From Myxococcota bacterium (GTDB lineage Bacteria; Myxococcota_A; Polyangia; Polyangiales; Houyiibacteriaceae), in the NCBI GenBank assembly GCA_039028875.1, contig JBCCHE010000002.1, positions 5,212 through 69,211 on the forward strand: DNA of 64,000 nucleotides. Direction: 5' to 3'. Below are positions 1-7,894 of the stretch, piece after piece (position 1 is the first letter of the stretch; each line of letters starts with the position of its first letter). The notes under the pieces were generated by a model, which made no database searches, had not been told where the DNA came from, and saw nothing but the letters and a program-made list of their open reading frames with translations. The position numbers and the translations under genes are program-made.

Positions 1-589
1 TCACGAGATCGAGCTTGTTGAGCACGATGACGTCGGCAAACTCGATCTGGTCGATGAGAAGGTCGGTGACCGTCCGTTCGTCTTCTTCGCCAAGCGACTC
101 ACCGCGGTCCTGCAGTGCTTCCGCTGCATTGTAGTCCCGGAGGAAGCTGGCCGCGTCAACGACGGTAACCATGGTGTCGAGGCGAGAAACTTGGCTCAGG
201 CTCACGCCGTCTTCGTCTTCGAAGGTGAAGGTCTGCGCGACGGGGATCGGCTCCGAGATCCCAGTGGACTCAATGAGCAAGTAGTCGAAACGCCCCTCCT
301 GCGCGAGCCTGGAAACCTCGGCGAGCAAGTCGTCCCGTAGCGTGCAACAGATGCAGCCGTTCGACATCTCGACCAGTTTCTCCTCGGTCCGCGAGAGCTC
401 GGCACCCCCACGCTCGACCAGCGCCGCATCGATGTTGACGTCACTCATGTCGTTGACGATCACCGCGACACGTCGACCGTGCCGGTTGTTGAGCACCTGA
501 TTGAGGAGTGTGGTCTTTCCCGCCCCGAGGAAGCCGGACAGAACGGTGACGGGGAGACGCGGCGGGTTGGGATTCGCTTGTTGGTTCAT
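1..589 (-). CDS. COG0523-family (CobW/YjiA/ZigA-like) metallochaperone GTPase, N-terminal part only; the C-terminus lies beyond the window edge
   Basis: Absent from the ORF track because it runs off the edge. My reverse-strand translation from the ATG (complement of 589-587) reads [54 protein letters not shown]...[16 protein letters not shown]...[12 protein letters not shown]. The P-loop GxxGxGKT, the CxCC motif (GCICC) and the ESTG block are the COG0523 signature. The gene lies directly downstream of a Fur-family gene. Confidence 0.85.
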   Translation of the reverse strand, partial: MNQQANPNPPRLPVTVLSGFLGAGKTTLLNQVLNNRHGRRVAVIVNDMSDVNIDAALVERGGAELSRTEEKLVEMSNGCICCTLRDDLLAEVSRLAQEGRFDYLLIESTGISEPIPVAQTFTFEDEDGVSLSQVSRLDTMVTVVDAASFLRDYNAAEALQDRGESLGEEDERTVTDLLIDQIEFADVIVLNKLDLV

Positions 590-613
590 CAGATCGGTCG
601 GTGTTGTGACCCA

Positions 614-632
614 ATCGCAAGTTACTTGCAAC
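614..632. promoter_or_regulatory. Candidate Zur/Fur-type operator palindrome upstream of the COG0523 gene
   Basis: The sequence atcGCAAGTtACTTGCaac has perfect 6-bp arms GCAAGT/ACTTGC around one central base (617-629). It lies in the 128-bp gap between the Fur-family stop (718) and the COG0523 start (589). A related GCAA-N5-TTGC element, GCAATTGGGTTGC, is at 1368-1380. Confidence 0.3.
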
Positions 633-717
633 TAGGTTTTGGCGTTCGATGGCCCTCGCCTCCAAGGCTCCCGCGAGTCTCACGCGGAAGGCGCGGGCCG
701 CCCCGCTTGCCTCGGAG

Positions 718-1152
718 TCAGTCGTGTGCGCAACTTGCGCAACGGCCGCGCAGCTGGATCTCCGCAACCTCGTTGCGGGCGGCAGCGGCTCGGAGCGCAA
801 CGGCACTTCGGGGTAGACACGCCACGTCGCCGCAATCGTTGCACACGAAGTGGGGGTGGGTGTTGTGCTCGGTGGACTCGGTGTTTGGCAGTTCGAATCG
901 CCACACATTGTCGCCCAGCCGTGTCTTCACGAGCAAACCAGCCTCGGTGAGTGCGAGCAAGTTGCGGTAGATGGTAGCGCGGTCGAGCCCCGGCCCCGCC
1001 AGCCGCTCGGTGAGCTCCGGGTGGCTCGTCGGGATGCGCAACCTGGCGAGCTCCCGCAGGATCGCCACGCGTTGCCCGGTGACCCGCATGCCCTTGTCGA
1101 CCAGGAGCTGGCGGAGGTCATCGTCGTGAAGGAGGCGGGGCTTGCGAGACAT
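718..1152 (-). CDS. zur: Fur-family metalloregulator, probably Zur
   Basis: 144-aa ORF with a winged-helix N-terminus (RVTGQRVAILRELARL...ATIYRNLLALTEAGLL). The sequences HPHFVCNDCG and GRCASC supply two CxxC pairs like the Fur structural Zn site. The Zur call rests on context: the gene is co-oriented with and directly upstream of a COG0523 gene. Confidence 0.7.
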   Translation of the reverse strand: MSRKPRLLHDDDLRQLLVDKGMRVTGQRVAILRELARLRIPTSHPELTERLAGPGLDRATIYRNLLALTEAGLLVKTRLGDNVWRFELPNTESTEHNTHPHFVCNDCGDVACLPRSAVALRAAAARNEVAEIQLRGRCASCAHD

Positions 1153-1489
1153 CTTGGCCCTAGTTTCACGCGTCTACACCGGCACCGCAAGCGGCAACGC
1201 AGATGCCCGGGGATGCGATGGACCCCGAACGCCAGGAAGAATCACCGTTGTTACCTAGCCCTATGCGTCAGGTTGACGCGGAATACATGGGCCACTCTCA
1301 AGGTTTCGTCGTTGCGCTCGTTTCTTGATCGAGCGCGGAAGTTCGCTAGCATTCGGCCATATTAGATGCAATTGGGTTGCTTTTAGCGCTCTGTTCGAAG
1401 ATCGAGGGAATGCTCATGTCGCAAAAACGGGTCGCGAAACGACAGCAATCAAACCACATGGTGGTACCGCGTTGGGCAGCCGGGCTCTC

Positions 1490-1933
1490 ATGGGCCTGAA
1501 GCTCCATGCCCACGGCCACGCGTGCGATTGCAAGGCCCACCGTGCTTCCGAGGCGGTACCGGCGAAGGCCGGCCTGTGGTCGGCGGTCCTACCGGTGCTC
1601 GCCTGCGCCGTCTGTCCGGCATGTCTGACGATGTACGCGAAGCTGTTCTCCGTGCTCGGTGTGGGCTTTGGCCTCAACGACTTCCATCATCTCATGCTTC
1701 TCGTCGTGGCGGTGGGTGCATCGAACGGCGTGAGCGCCTGGATCTCTTGGCGTACGCGGCGGGTGTGGCCCATTGTCGTCGCCCTCACGGGCTCGGCCCT
1801 CGTCATGATCGGACACCTTGTCGGCGACCTCCACGCGGTCGAGTGGGCGGGCTTTGCGGTCCTCCTCGGCGGGGGTCTCTCCGAGCATTTTCGACTCCGC
1901 CGGGCGGCACGGCTCGCGTCCTCGACGACGTAG
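1490..1933 (+). CDS. Small polytopic membrane protein with a His/Cys-rich N-terminus (MerC-like putative metal-handling protein)
   Basis: The ATG at 1490 lies inside the 1325..1933 ORF. The product starts MGLKLHAHGHACDCKAH, followed by about four hydrophobic helices. The first helix carries CAVCPAC. The start codon is uncertain because the upstream part of the ORF is low-GC and looks non-coding. Confidence 0.55.
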   Translation: MGLKLHAHGHACDCKAHRASEAVPAKAGLWSAVLPVLACAVCPACLTMYAKLFSVLGVGFGLNDFHHLMLLVVAVGASNGVSAWISWRTRRVWPIVVALTGSALVMIGHLVGDLHAVEWAGFAVLLGGGLSEHFRLRRAARLASSTT

Positions 1934-2059
1934 GTCACCCCTTGTCGACGCAACTGAGTTGCAGATCGGATTCAAACGGGGTACGGACGCCTCGATGTGG
2001 GTCCCGACCGTTCTTTGTCCGGTGTCAGCCGATGACTGCGTCACGCGAGTTGCCGTTCG

Positions 2060-2965
2060 ATGACGGACCGCGAACCCATGGCCAAGGACAGGCCGTTTTC
2101 GACCCCCCTCGACAAGGCCGAGCGCCTGGGGATCATCTCGTGCATCCACGGTAACCTCGAGGCGCTCGACGCGGTGATCGCCGATCTCCGGGCACGTGAG
2201 ATCGACGCCGTGCTGTGCCTAGGTGATCTCGTTGGCTACGGTCCGTTCCCTGACGAAACCGTGGCTCGGGTTCGAGCGCTCGGCATCCCTTCGGTGCTGG
2301 GTTGCTGGGACGAAGGGATCGCCCAGGAAAACGAGACCTGCGGCTGCACCTTCATCTCTGAAGAGGAGGGGCAGCTTGGCGCGATGGCGTTCTGGTGGAC
2401 GACCGTGAACGTGTCGGACGACACCAAGAAGTACCTCGGGACGCTTCCGATGGGGATCGGCCTCGATCTTCCGTGCGGTCGCGTGGTCGCCTTTCATGGA
2501 AGTCCCAACAGCACGTCCGAGTACCTGACGGAGTCGACGCACGAGCTGGTGCTCGTCGAGCGCGCGGCGAGCGCCGGCTGCGACATCCTCGTGTGCGGAC
2601 ACACGCACGTGCCCTTCGTCAAACAGGTTGCAGGTACGCTCGAAGTTCGCGCCGAGACAACCGTCAAGGAGCCGATCTATCAGGCCCGTTACGGCGAACT
2701 CGAAACCCCGAGCCTCGTGACGCTCGCCCCGAAGACGATCATCAATGCCGGGAGCGTCGGCGAGCCTCGTCATGGCGGTCTCGCAGCGACCTATGCCATC
2801 CTCGATACGCACTCTGGCGACGTGGAGCTGTGCGAGGTCGAGTACGATGTCGAAAAGACCGTGCACGCTATGCGGGCGCGTGAAGTGCCGGAGACTTTCG
2901 CGGAACGCTTGCTCCATGGGCACGAGCTGACCGGCAAGCACAAGGAAGTCTTCTGTGCCTGCTGA
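2060..2965 (+). CDS. Calcineurin-like metallophosphoesterase (YfcE/MJ0936-type)
   Basis: Motif blocks IISCIHGNLEAL, CLGDLVGYGP, VAFHGSPNS and LVCGHTHVPF are present. The first block has Cys where the canonical D-x-H motif has Asp. The 3' end overlaps the next gene by 11 nt. Confidence 0.8.
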   Translation: MTDREPMAKDRPFSTPLDKAERLGIISCIHGNLEALDAVIADLRAREIDAVLCLGDLVGYGPFPDETVARVRALGIPSVLGCWDEGIAQENETCGCTFISEEEGQLGAMAFWWTTVNVSDDTKKYLGTLPMGIGLDLPCGRVVAFHGSPNSTSEYLTESTHELVLVERAASAGCDILVCGHTHVPFVKQVAGTLEVRAETTVKEPIYQARYGELETPSLVTLAPKTIINAGSVGEPRHGGLAATYAILDTHSGDVELCEVEYDVEKTVHAMRAREVPETFAERLLHGHELTGKHKEVFCAC

Positions 2966-4595
2966 CGTGGCAGGCAGCGTCGTGCTTGTCGGCTTCGAGT
3001 CCGTTGGCAAATCGGCCCTTTTCCGCGGGCTCACCGGGCACGCGGCCGGCGACGAAGCCAACTTCCGGGGCTCGACGGTGGTGTGCCGTCGCTGCCACTT
3101 GAAGGCGTGCGAGTGCGAGCTGGTCGATACGCCCGGGATTCGACTCAACAGCGACAGCGCCGCGACGGCCCTCGCCCTCGAGACGCTTGACGACGCCGAT
3201 ACGGTGATGCTCGTCGTCCGGGCGCCCTACCTTGCCGACGAAGCACAAGCACTTCTTGCGGCACTGCGCCTCGGCCCGAGGCGACTTGCCGTAGCCGTCA
3301 CGTTTACTGACAAAGTCTCTGCAGGACTTTCGTCGGCCATCACGAAGCTCCGCGCGCACCTGGGTGTGCCCGTCGTGGCCCTCGACGCGCGTGAGATGGG
3401 CGCCAAGCGTACAGAGCTCCTCGATGCCATTCGAGGCGCGCGTCCGCCGGCCGACGCCCACGTTGAAGCACCACTCGTTCAGCTCCGCAGCCGTCGGCCG
3501 TCTCGAACGATTTTCGAGCAGCCGACGCTCGGGCCGTGCGTGGCCCTCTTGGCCCTCGTCGGCCTCCTCGCCGTGCCCTTGATGGGTGCGTTCTACCTCG
3601 CAGCTTGGCTTCAACCAGCCGTCGACGCCGTTGCGATTGTTCCCGTCACGCGAGCGCTCAGCGGTACGTGGCCGCCTCTGGCGGCCGTCTTGGTGGGCCC
3701 CTACGGCGTGCTAACGCTCGGGTCCTATTCGTTTCTGTGGGCGTTCCCTGTGGTTCTGCTGTTGGGCGTGACGAGCAGCGTCGCGGAAGAGACGGGCCTC
3801 CACGATCGCGTCACCACGGCGCTCGACCCTTGGCTCCGCCACGTCGGACTCTCCGGGCGCGATCTGGTGCCGGTGCTCACGGGCTTTGGGTGCAACGTCG
3901 TTGCAGTGCTCCAGTCGCGCGCATGCTCGTCCTGTTCGAGAAAGAACTGCGTCAGCCTCGTCGCCTTCGGCAGTGCGTGCAGCTACCAGATCGGCGCGAG
4001 TCTGTCGCTGTTTGGTTCGGCGGGGCGCTCGTGGATGTGCGCGCCCTATCTGTTTGCCGTTTTTGTCGTTGGCCTCGTTCACGTCCGGCTGTGGCACGGT
4101 TCCGTCGCGCACCAGCCCGCGCCTCGACCCGATGAGCGCGCGTACCTGCAGGCACCTTCGGCGAGAGGGGTGTTTTGGCGCGTCGGTGTCGTGCTCAAGC
4201 AGTTTCTCGTGCAAGCCATGCCGATATTCTTGGTTCTATGCGTCGTTTCTGCGCTCATCGACCAGACGAGCTTGATGGCGGGGTTGTCCCAACTGGTCGG
4301 ACCCTGGTTCGGCCTTTTTCACCTGCCCGATGACACCGCCCTTCCCGTGCTTTTCAGCCTTTTGCGCAAAGACGGAATGCTGCTCCTCAACGCCGATAAC
4401 GGGGCCCTGCTCGGCGCACTGTCGGCAGGGCAGCTCTTCGTCGTCGTATACCTCGCAAGCACCTTGGCGCCCTGCCTCGTCACGCTCGCCACCGTAGGAC
4501 GCGAGCTCGGGTGGCGGACCGCCGGTGGCGTTGCGGGACGACAAGCACTGACGAGCGTTGCCAGCGCTTTTCTTTTCAGCCAGTTGGCATGGTGA
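2955..4595 (+). CDS. feoB: FeoB-family GTPase-coupled divalent metal transporter (no feoA seen)
   Basis: N-terminal G domain has G1 LVGFESVGKSALF and G3 LVDTPGI. The polytopic C-terminal part carries the FeoB gate motif LTGFGCNVVAVLQSRAC. At 546 aa it is shorter than E. coli FeoB. Confidence 0.75.
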   Translation: MPADVAGSVVLVGFESVGKSALFRGLTGHAAGDEANFRGSTVVCRRCHLKACECELVDTPGIRLNSDSAATALALETLDDADTVMLVVRAPYLADEAQALLAALRLGPRRLAVAVTFTDKVSAGLSSAITKLRAHLGVPVVALDAREMGAKRTELLDAIRGARPPADAHVEAPLVQLRSRRPSRTIFEQPTLGPCVALLALVGLLAVPLMGAFYLAAWLQPAVDAVAIVPVTRALSGTWPPLAAVLVGPYGVLTLGSYSFLWAFPVVLLLGVTSSVAEETGLHDRVTTALDPWLRHVGLSGRDLVPVLTGFGCNVVAVLQSRACSSCSRKNCVSLVAFGSACSYQIGASLSLFGSAGRSWMCAPYLFAVFVVGLVHVRLWHGSVAHQPAPRPDERAYLQAPSARGVFWRVGVVLKQFLVQAMPIFLVLCVVSALIDQTSLMAGLSQLVGPWFGLFHLPDDTALPVLFSLLRKDGMLLLNADNGALLGALSAGQLFVVVYLASTLAPCLVTLATVGRELGWRTAGGVAGRQALTSVASAFLFSQLAW

Positions 4596-4645
4596 GATTT
4601 CAGGCCTCGAGCCGAGTAGTGTCAAAGAAGGACTAGGAGTGTTCC

Positions 4646-4888
4646 ATGTTTCGATGTGAGCTTTGCAACCGAGTGTCACAGCCAGGAGAGCGTCAGATCA
4701 AGGTCGTCGTCGAGCGGCGCCCCGCCGAGTACCCCAGCCGAAGCAAGGCGCAGCGTTCCAACGCCAGCGGCCGTGGGAAGTTTCGGGACGATCCAGGTGG
4801 CGCCGGTTACGAGATCGTCAGAGAGAAGATTGGCTGCGCAAGCTGCATCGACGATCACATCGACAAAGAACCCGACGAGACGCTCTAA
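4646..4888 (+). CDS. Small hypothetical protein with two CxxC pairs (zinc-ribbon-like)
   Basis: 80-aa ORF MFRCELCNRV...KIGCASCIDDH. An AGGAG sequence lies about 6 nt upstream of the ATG. The gene follows feoB on the same strand. Confidence 0.45.
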   Translation: MFRCELCNRVSQPGERQIKVVVERRPAEYPSRSKAQRSNASGRGKFRDDPGGAGYEIVREKIGCASCIDDHIDKEPDETL

Positions 4889-4915
4889 CGCCAGAGGACT
4901 CACGAAGAGACATCC

Positions 4916-5485
4916 ATGATTCTGTCAGACTCGGACATTGCGAAGCGTTTGGACCAGGGGGACCTCGTCATCGATCCCCTCGACGACCGAGAGCTTCAGA
5001 TCCAACCCGCGAGCGTAGACCTCCGGCTATCGTCCGAGTTCATCGTCTACCGAGCCGCGCAGGTCACGCTCCTCGATCCGCGTCGCCCTGAGACGCTCGC
5101 ATCGAACACGGACCGAATCGATCTCGTCGACGACGAGCCGTTCATTTTGCACCCGGGTCAGTTCGCCCTCGGTTCGACGCTGGAACGGGTGCAGATACCG
5201 GCCAACCTCGTCGCGCGAGTGGACGGCCGGAGTAGTCTTGGCAGGCTGGCCGTCGTGGTTCACGCCACGGCGGGTTTCATCGACCCTGGGTTCGCGGGGC
5301 AAATTACCCTCGAGCTGTCGAATATCGGCCCGATCCCTGTCCGATTGTATCCGGGGATGCGAGTCGCCCAGATCGTCCTCTACCAGATGACATCGCCTGC
5401 GGAACGTCCGTACGGAAGCGAGCGGGGAAGCAGATACCAGGGGCAGACGGGGCCCGTCACGAGCCGGATCGGCTTGGATCTGTGA
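4916..5485 (+). CDS. dcd: dCTP deaminase
   Basis: 189 aa: MILSDSDIAKRL...IQPASVDLRL...HPGQFALGSTLERVQIP...ARVDGRSSLGRLAVVVHATAGFIDPGFAGQITLELSN. This is a full-length match to the Dcd/dUTPase-fold family pattern. Confidence 0.93.
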   Translation: MILSDSDIAKRLDQGDLVIDPLDDRELQIQPASVDLRLSSEFIVYRAAQVTLLDPRRPETLASNTDRIDLVDDEPFILHPGQFALGSTLERVQIPANLVARVDGRSSLGRLAVVVHATAGFIDPGFAGQITLELSNIGPIPVRLYPGMRVAQIVLYQMTSPAERPYGSERGSRYQGQTGPVTSRIGLDL

Positions 5486-5580
5486 GCCCACGCCGCCTCA
5501 CGGCAGCCGCAAAGAGATCACCGGGAGCGGCAAGCGGCCCGTCGGTGCGGGCCACGTCGATGACGCAGGCCGAGCGACCT

Positions 5581-5925
5581 CTACACAGTCGCTAGAGGAC
5601 CGTGGTGGTCGCAATGGTCTCCATGCGGATGGTGGAGATGCCCATCGACGAGATAATCGAGATGGTCTCCGTGAGGAACCGCTTCGTGACCGCAGCCGGG
5701 GCCATGCACATGTGCCGCATCGTGCCCCCCGCAAGCGTGATCGGTGGTGCAATCAGCCGGGTTGGTTTCATCCACGTCGATCGTGTGCTCGTCGACATGG
5801 TCTTGGTGGGGGTGATGAAGGTGACCGTCGTGAAGGTAGTCCACGTGATCACCGTGCCGCACGGCGGTGTGTCCACAGTCGTCACCGTGTTGATGGGCAT
5901 GTTGGGGGTGTGTTTCGCAGGTCAT
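5581..5925 (-). CDS. Histidine-rich putative metal-binding protein with an internal tandem duplication
   Basis: ATG is the complement of 5925-5923 (MTCETHPQHAHQHGDD...). The protein has 114 aa, with 28 His and 6 Cys by my count. A 31-aa unit CGH.AV.HGDH.DYL.DGHLHHPH.DH.D.H occurs twice with 24/31 identity. The start is 22 nt downstream of the ArsR-family gene. Confidence 0.65.
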   Translation of the reverse strand: MTCETHPQHAHQHGDDCGHTAVRHGDHVDYLHDGHLHHPHQDHVDEHTIDVDETNPADCTTDHACGGHDAAHVHGPGCGHEAVPHGDHLDYLVDGHLHHPHGDHCDHHGPLATV

Positions 5926-5947
5926 GACAGGGTTCCTTCTTGTTGGA

Positions 5948-6304
5948 TCATCCGATCGCCGAGTGGCGTGCGTGCTCGAGCGCCAACTCGAGGAGTTCGA
6001 CCACGTGCTGATCGGCCAATCGGTAGTAGTGGTGCCGCTCTTCGCGGCGCCGGGTGACGAGGCCTTCTCGTGCAAGCAACTGGAGGCGGTTCGACGTCGT
6101 CGTGACGGCCTCGCCGAGATGCTCCGCCAGCCCGGTCACACACGCTTCGCCTTCGCGCAGGCACTCGAGTAACCGCAACCGCTCGGGTGACGCAGCGGCC
6201 TTGAGCATGGTTGCGGCGCGGTTCAGTACCGCATCCGACACGTGCTCTTCGTGCTCTGGCAGGGTGTGCTGGCTGGCCACATACCCCATATTCCATGGAT
6301 CCAT
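5948..6304 (-). CDS. ArsR/SmtB-family metal-sensing transcriptional repressor
   Basis: 118 aa with LKAAASPERLRLLECLREGEACVTGLAEHLGEAVTTTSNRLQLLAREGLVTRRREERHHYYRL, a winged HTH with the typical ELCV-like Cys position. His-rich tails are present at both ends. Confidence 0.85.
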   Translation of the reverse strand: MDPWNMGYVASQHTLPEHEEHVSDAVLNRAATMLKAAASPERLRLLECLREGEACVTGLAEHLGEAVTTTSNRLQLLAREGLVTRRREERHHYYRLADQHVVELLELALEHARHSAIG

Positions 6305-6376
6305 GGATCTTGCAAATAGGCTGCTCCGTAGGCTCGGACGCGGAGATCCTGGGCTCCCGGGTCCTCGCGCGAAACG

Positions 6377-6943
6377 CTACTCCCCAAGAAGCAGGCGGAA
6401 CTCGTTCATCAGCCGCCGAACCTCTGCGGGCGACGGATCCTCGCGCAACTGCTGGGTTCCCACCAACAGCGCCATGGCGCCGGCGGCAAGCAGCTCCGCT
6501 CGTCGCTTCGGCACCAACGCGCGATACACCTGAGCGAGGTAGCGTTCGCGGCGCCCATCTACCTGTGCGACCACGCGCCGAACCTGCGGCTCGCTTCGCC
6601 CCCACGCGCGGAGAGAGGCTTCGGCGCGGTGCGGTAACTTCGAAGCAAAGTCGACGAGTTGGTCGAGACGCGACGAGACGTCGTCCTCAGCCTCCGCAAG
6701 CCGGATCACCCGCTCGGTTTGCGCGTCCGCCCAGTGCGCAAGGAGTCGATCCACGAAGTCACTCCAACCCGAAAAGTGGTGATAGAACGAGCCTTTGGTG
6801 ACCTCGACTCGTTCGCAGACCGACGCGATGGTGAGGGCGCCGGCGCCACCTTCTTCAAGGATGCCCATCGCGACCTCGAAGTAGTCGCCAGGGGTCGCTC
6901 GGGTCGATCCGGTTTTCGGCGCTTGTCGCAGCGTCAAGCTCAT
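6377..6943 (-). CDS. TetR-family transcriptional regulator
   Basis: N-terminal HTH ALTIASVCERVEVTKGSFYHHFSGWSDF. The gene is divergent from the MpaB-like gene across a gap of only 51 bp. Confidence 0.85.
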   Translation of the reverse strand: MSLTLRQAPKTGSTRATPGDYFEVAMGILEEGGAGALTIASVCERVEVTKGSFYHHFSGWSDFVDRLLAHWADAQTERVIRLAEAEDDVSSRLDQLVDFASKLPHRAEASLRAWGRSEPQVRRVVAQVDGRRERYLAQVYRALVPKRRAELLAAGAMALLVGTQQLREDPSPAEVRRLMNEFRLLLGE

Positions 6944-6953
6944 TTGCGCCTAA

Positions 6954-6974
6954 CATACCATCTAGTATGGTATG
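6954..6974. promoter_or_regulatory. Candidate TetR operator (8-5-8 perfect inverted repeat)
   Basis: CATACCATctagtATGGTATG has perfect 8-bp arms. It lies in the 51-bp divergent gap between the TetR gene (start 6943) and the MpaB-like gene (start 6995). Confidence 0.45.
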
Positions 6975-6994
6975 GTCAACTCACGAGGTTGAAG

Positions 6995-7876
6995 ATGAGA
7001 AATCGCGATGCGCGCCTCGCGGAGATCGAGGCGCTCGACCCGGTCGTCGACCATCAACGCATCGTCCACTTGGACGCGTGTTACGAGTTTCCTTGGGACC
7101 TTACGCGCTCGCTCGAGCTTGCACTGTTCCGCACCTACGCCGTTCCGTCGGTCTCCAAGCTCTTGGCGCGTACGGGGGAGTTCACCCGACGCGCGCAGAG
7201 GCGCTACGACGACACGGAGCTGCTGATTCGCAACTTCGTCGATTGGGGTTACGACAGCAACCGAGGGCGTCGCGCGATCGCACGCATGAACGCCATCCAT
7301 GGACGATTCCGCATCTCGAACGACGACTTCCGGTACGTGCTGTCGACTTTTGTGTGCGAACCGATCCGCTGGAACGCGCGGTTCGGGTGGCGCCGCATGG
7401 TGGAGAAGGAGCGGCACGCCCTCTACTACTTCTGGTACGAAGTCGGACAACGGATGGGCATCCACGACATCCCAGCCACTTACGACGCGCTGTTCTCGTT
7501 TAGCGAAGAGTACGAGCGCAAGCATTTTCGCTTTCACGAGGACAACCGTGCTGTCGGGATGGCGACCCGAGATCTCTTCGTCAGTTGGTTTCCGAAGCCG
7601 CTCGCGCCCCTTACCCGGCGCGCCGTGTACTCCATCATGGATGCGCCCGTGCTCGATGCCTTCGGATTTCCCCATCCGACTCGGTTCGAGCGAGCACTCG
7701 TCGAGCGGTCACTTCGGGCGCGCGCCGTCGTCCTGAACCGCCTGTGGCCCACCAGGCAGGAACCTCAAGTTCAATCGGACGCACCCCACGCGTCGTACGC
7801 GACCCTGCCCCCGATCGAAGAGCTTGGTCCCCAGGAACCTCGCTCGAAAGAGATTGCAATAAACCTCGACCACTAG
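6995..7876 (+). CDS. DUF2236 / MpaB-family (rubber-oxygenase-like) putative oxygenase
   Basis: Internal ATG at 6995 of the 6659..7876 ORF; the upstream part overlaps the TetR gene. Motifs include HLDACYEFPWDLTRSLELALFRTYAVPS and RRAIARMNAIHGRFRISNDDFRYVLSTF. Confidence 0.7.
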   Translation: MRNRDARLAEIEALDPVVDHQRIVHLDACYEFPWDLTRSLELALFRTYAVPSVSKLLARTGEFTRRAQRRYDDTELLIRNFVDWGYDSNRGRRAIARMNAIHGRFRISNDDFRYVLSTFVCEPIRWNARFGWRRMVEKERHALYYFWYEVGQRMGIHDIPATYDALFSFSEEYERKHFRFHEDNRAVGMATRDLFVSWFPKPLAPLTRRAVYSIMDAPVLDAFGFPHPTRFERALVERSLRARAVVLNRLWPTRQEPQVQSDAPHASYATLPPIEELGPQEPRSKEIAINLDH

Positions 7877-7894
7877 AGGTTCTGGGGGAAAGCC

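Noticed and set aside
5560-5600. CCTCTA...TAGAGG hairpin at the convergent dcd / His-rich gene junction, considered as a terminator
   Set aside because: The stem is only 6 bp with a 9-nt loop and no U-tract. It also overlaps the stop codon of the His-rich gene.
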